A model generated the notes under the pieces. It made no database searches, was not told where the DNA came from, and saw nothing but the letters and a program-made list of their open reading frames with translations. Positions 62,510 to 64,000 of a DNA stretch of 64,000 bases are shown here, piece after piece (the first letter of the stretch is position 1; every line of letters begins with the position of its first letter). Position numbers and translations under genes: made by a program. The stretch lies in the NCBI RefSeq assembly GCF_009834535.1, contig NC_045697.1, positions 80,850,001 through 80,914,000 of the forward strand. The letters are read 5' to 3'. Source of the DNA: Camelus ferus. Its lineage: Eukaryota.

Positions 62510-63431
62510 ATGTGCTTGTAAATGGGGATTTCCAGCCTGGCACACCTCTGGGGGAACAATCAGAGCCTTATGAGCTGTCCTTTAAGCTATGCCTCTTTTG
62601 CTCCATTGTTCTTGGGGAGTCTGTTTTCTCTGAGCACAGCTTGCTCTCTCATGGCATGGCCCAGACACTTTCAAACTTTCAAGTGATGAAATCGTTTGGA
62701 CCAGAAAGCATGATGTTGCTGTCACCTGCATTCAGGGTTTGCCCCACCAAAAAATACTCTGTTGGTCTTATGTAGCAGCAGTGCTTTGTGCTCTTTGACT
62801 TTCCGAGACTGACCTAGCACTTATTAGATGCGAACTTTCTCCAGGTTCCTATAAATTTTGCCTGTAATTAAATGGACCTTGGTTTCCAAATCATTCCATA
62901 ATTTTTATAAATTTTTTTCATTAGACTGTTCTGCTATAATGCAGCAGTTGAAGAACTAAGAATCCCCATGCTGTGAAAAATTAACTTAAAAAGAACTGTT
63001 TTAATGGGCAGGAAGGGTGTTAGGGTCTACAGAACTGAAGAATACATACAATAAATGTATTTACCCTATAGATACTTCCTGCTTTAAAGGGAGTTTATTG
63101 CTCTTAGAACATAGTCATAAAGTTCAAACGTCATGGATCATGTCCAATCCAGTTACATTGCTTCTTGTACATATCACTCTTACATTTTCACATTAAACAA
63201 AGCAGAAAGCTCTCAAGTTAAATAACCCAACATTTTTTTCATACCAAGGCAGTGCCTTGTCCTAATCTCTGCTAATTCTTGGTCTTGCTTGTTTATAACC
63301 AATGGAATTAGCATGAACTAATAAATAAATACATAAAGGATAGGGCTCCCTCAACTTAATCACTTGAATTATATCCATTTCCAGTAACAAAGTGTCCTGC
63401 TTTAGCAGGAAAAAAATGCTGCAAATGGATT

Positions 63432-63905
63432 TATATTAGGTGTCCATTGGTACTAGTTTATGGTGAAGGCTATATATAGCAAAGAGGTCCAAAAACACAA
63501 TGGCTCCGATGGAGATACAGTTTATTTCTCTCTTATGTGTAAAAGTCCAGGAAGGGTAGTTGGACTTCTTGACATCACCCAGACACCCTGACAAGTAGGG
63601 CTGCTTCACCATCCTCCAGGGCATCATTCTCATCTGCACACTGAAGTCTGATCGCTAAGGAGTCGAGTTTCCCCCAGGGGAGAGAAAGGCGAGTACAAAG
63701 GAGCACTCCTGGTGGTGTGATGAGGCCCTGGAGGTGGCACCAGTTCTTTTTGATCACATTCTATCGGTGAGAACTCAGTCACATGTTTACTCTGGCTGCT
63801 AAAGCTGGTGAGAAAGAGTGACTGAGTGACTACCTGTGGTTTTCATTCTTTGCTCCTATGGAAGGACAGAACTGATTCTAGAGGACAATGGATCTCTAAC
63901 ACTAT
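63432..63905 (-). mobile_element. Old MaLR LTR (MLT1I/J-like)
   Basis: AGTTTATTTCTCTCTTATGT, CCTGGAGGTGGCAC and TCACATTCTATCGGTGAGAACTCAGTCACATG blocks. Confidence 0.78.
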
Positions 63906-64000
63906 AAGCATTGACATTTTGCATCTATTTTGTCGTATATCTGAAAGTGAGAAATCAGGCCAATTTGAATTTTGTAAATTTGAAGAAAAAATGAATTTAA

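Noticed and set aside
1..64000. CRISPR arrays, operons, or prokaryotic/phage defence systems
   Set aside because: The sequence is clearly mammalian repeat-rich DNA; there are no regularly spaced repeat-spacer arrays or gene-dense ORFs.

Overview
AT-rich mammalian non-coding DNA (intronic or intergenic), most likely from a camelid (alpaca/llama/camel). The basis is two tRNA-Ala-derived SINEs of the Vic-1 type and young LINE-1 3' ends of camelid type. I found no host protein-coding exon, tRNA, rRNA or known small RNA that I can support; every recognisable ORF in the track is LINE-1 debris or low-complexity noise. Roughly half the window is interspersed repeat: LINE-1 of several ages (many with readable target-site duplications), L2, MIR, MaLR/ERVL and ERV1 LTRs, and Tigger/hAT DNA transposons. 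Points worth follow-up are a three-tier nested insertion (38.4-44.8 kb), a cluster of three solo LTRs (32.7-35.6 kb), an orphan ERVL integrase relic, three equally truncated ~110-130 bp L1 tails, a young L1 with an open ORF2 C-terminus, candidate non-coding exons on both strands, and candidate enhancers. Repeat family names are recalled from memory of consensus sequences and need RepeatMasker/Dfam confirmation; boundaries of old repeats are approximate. I see no convincing evidence of a novel biological system.
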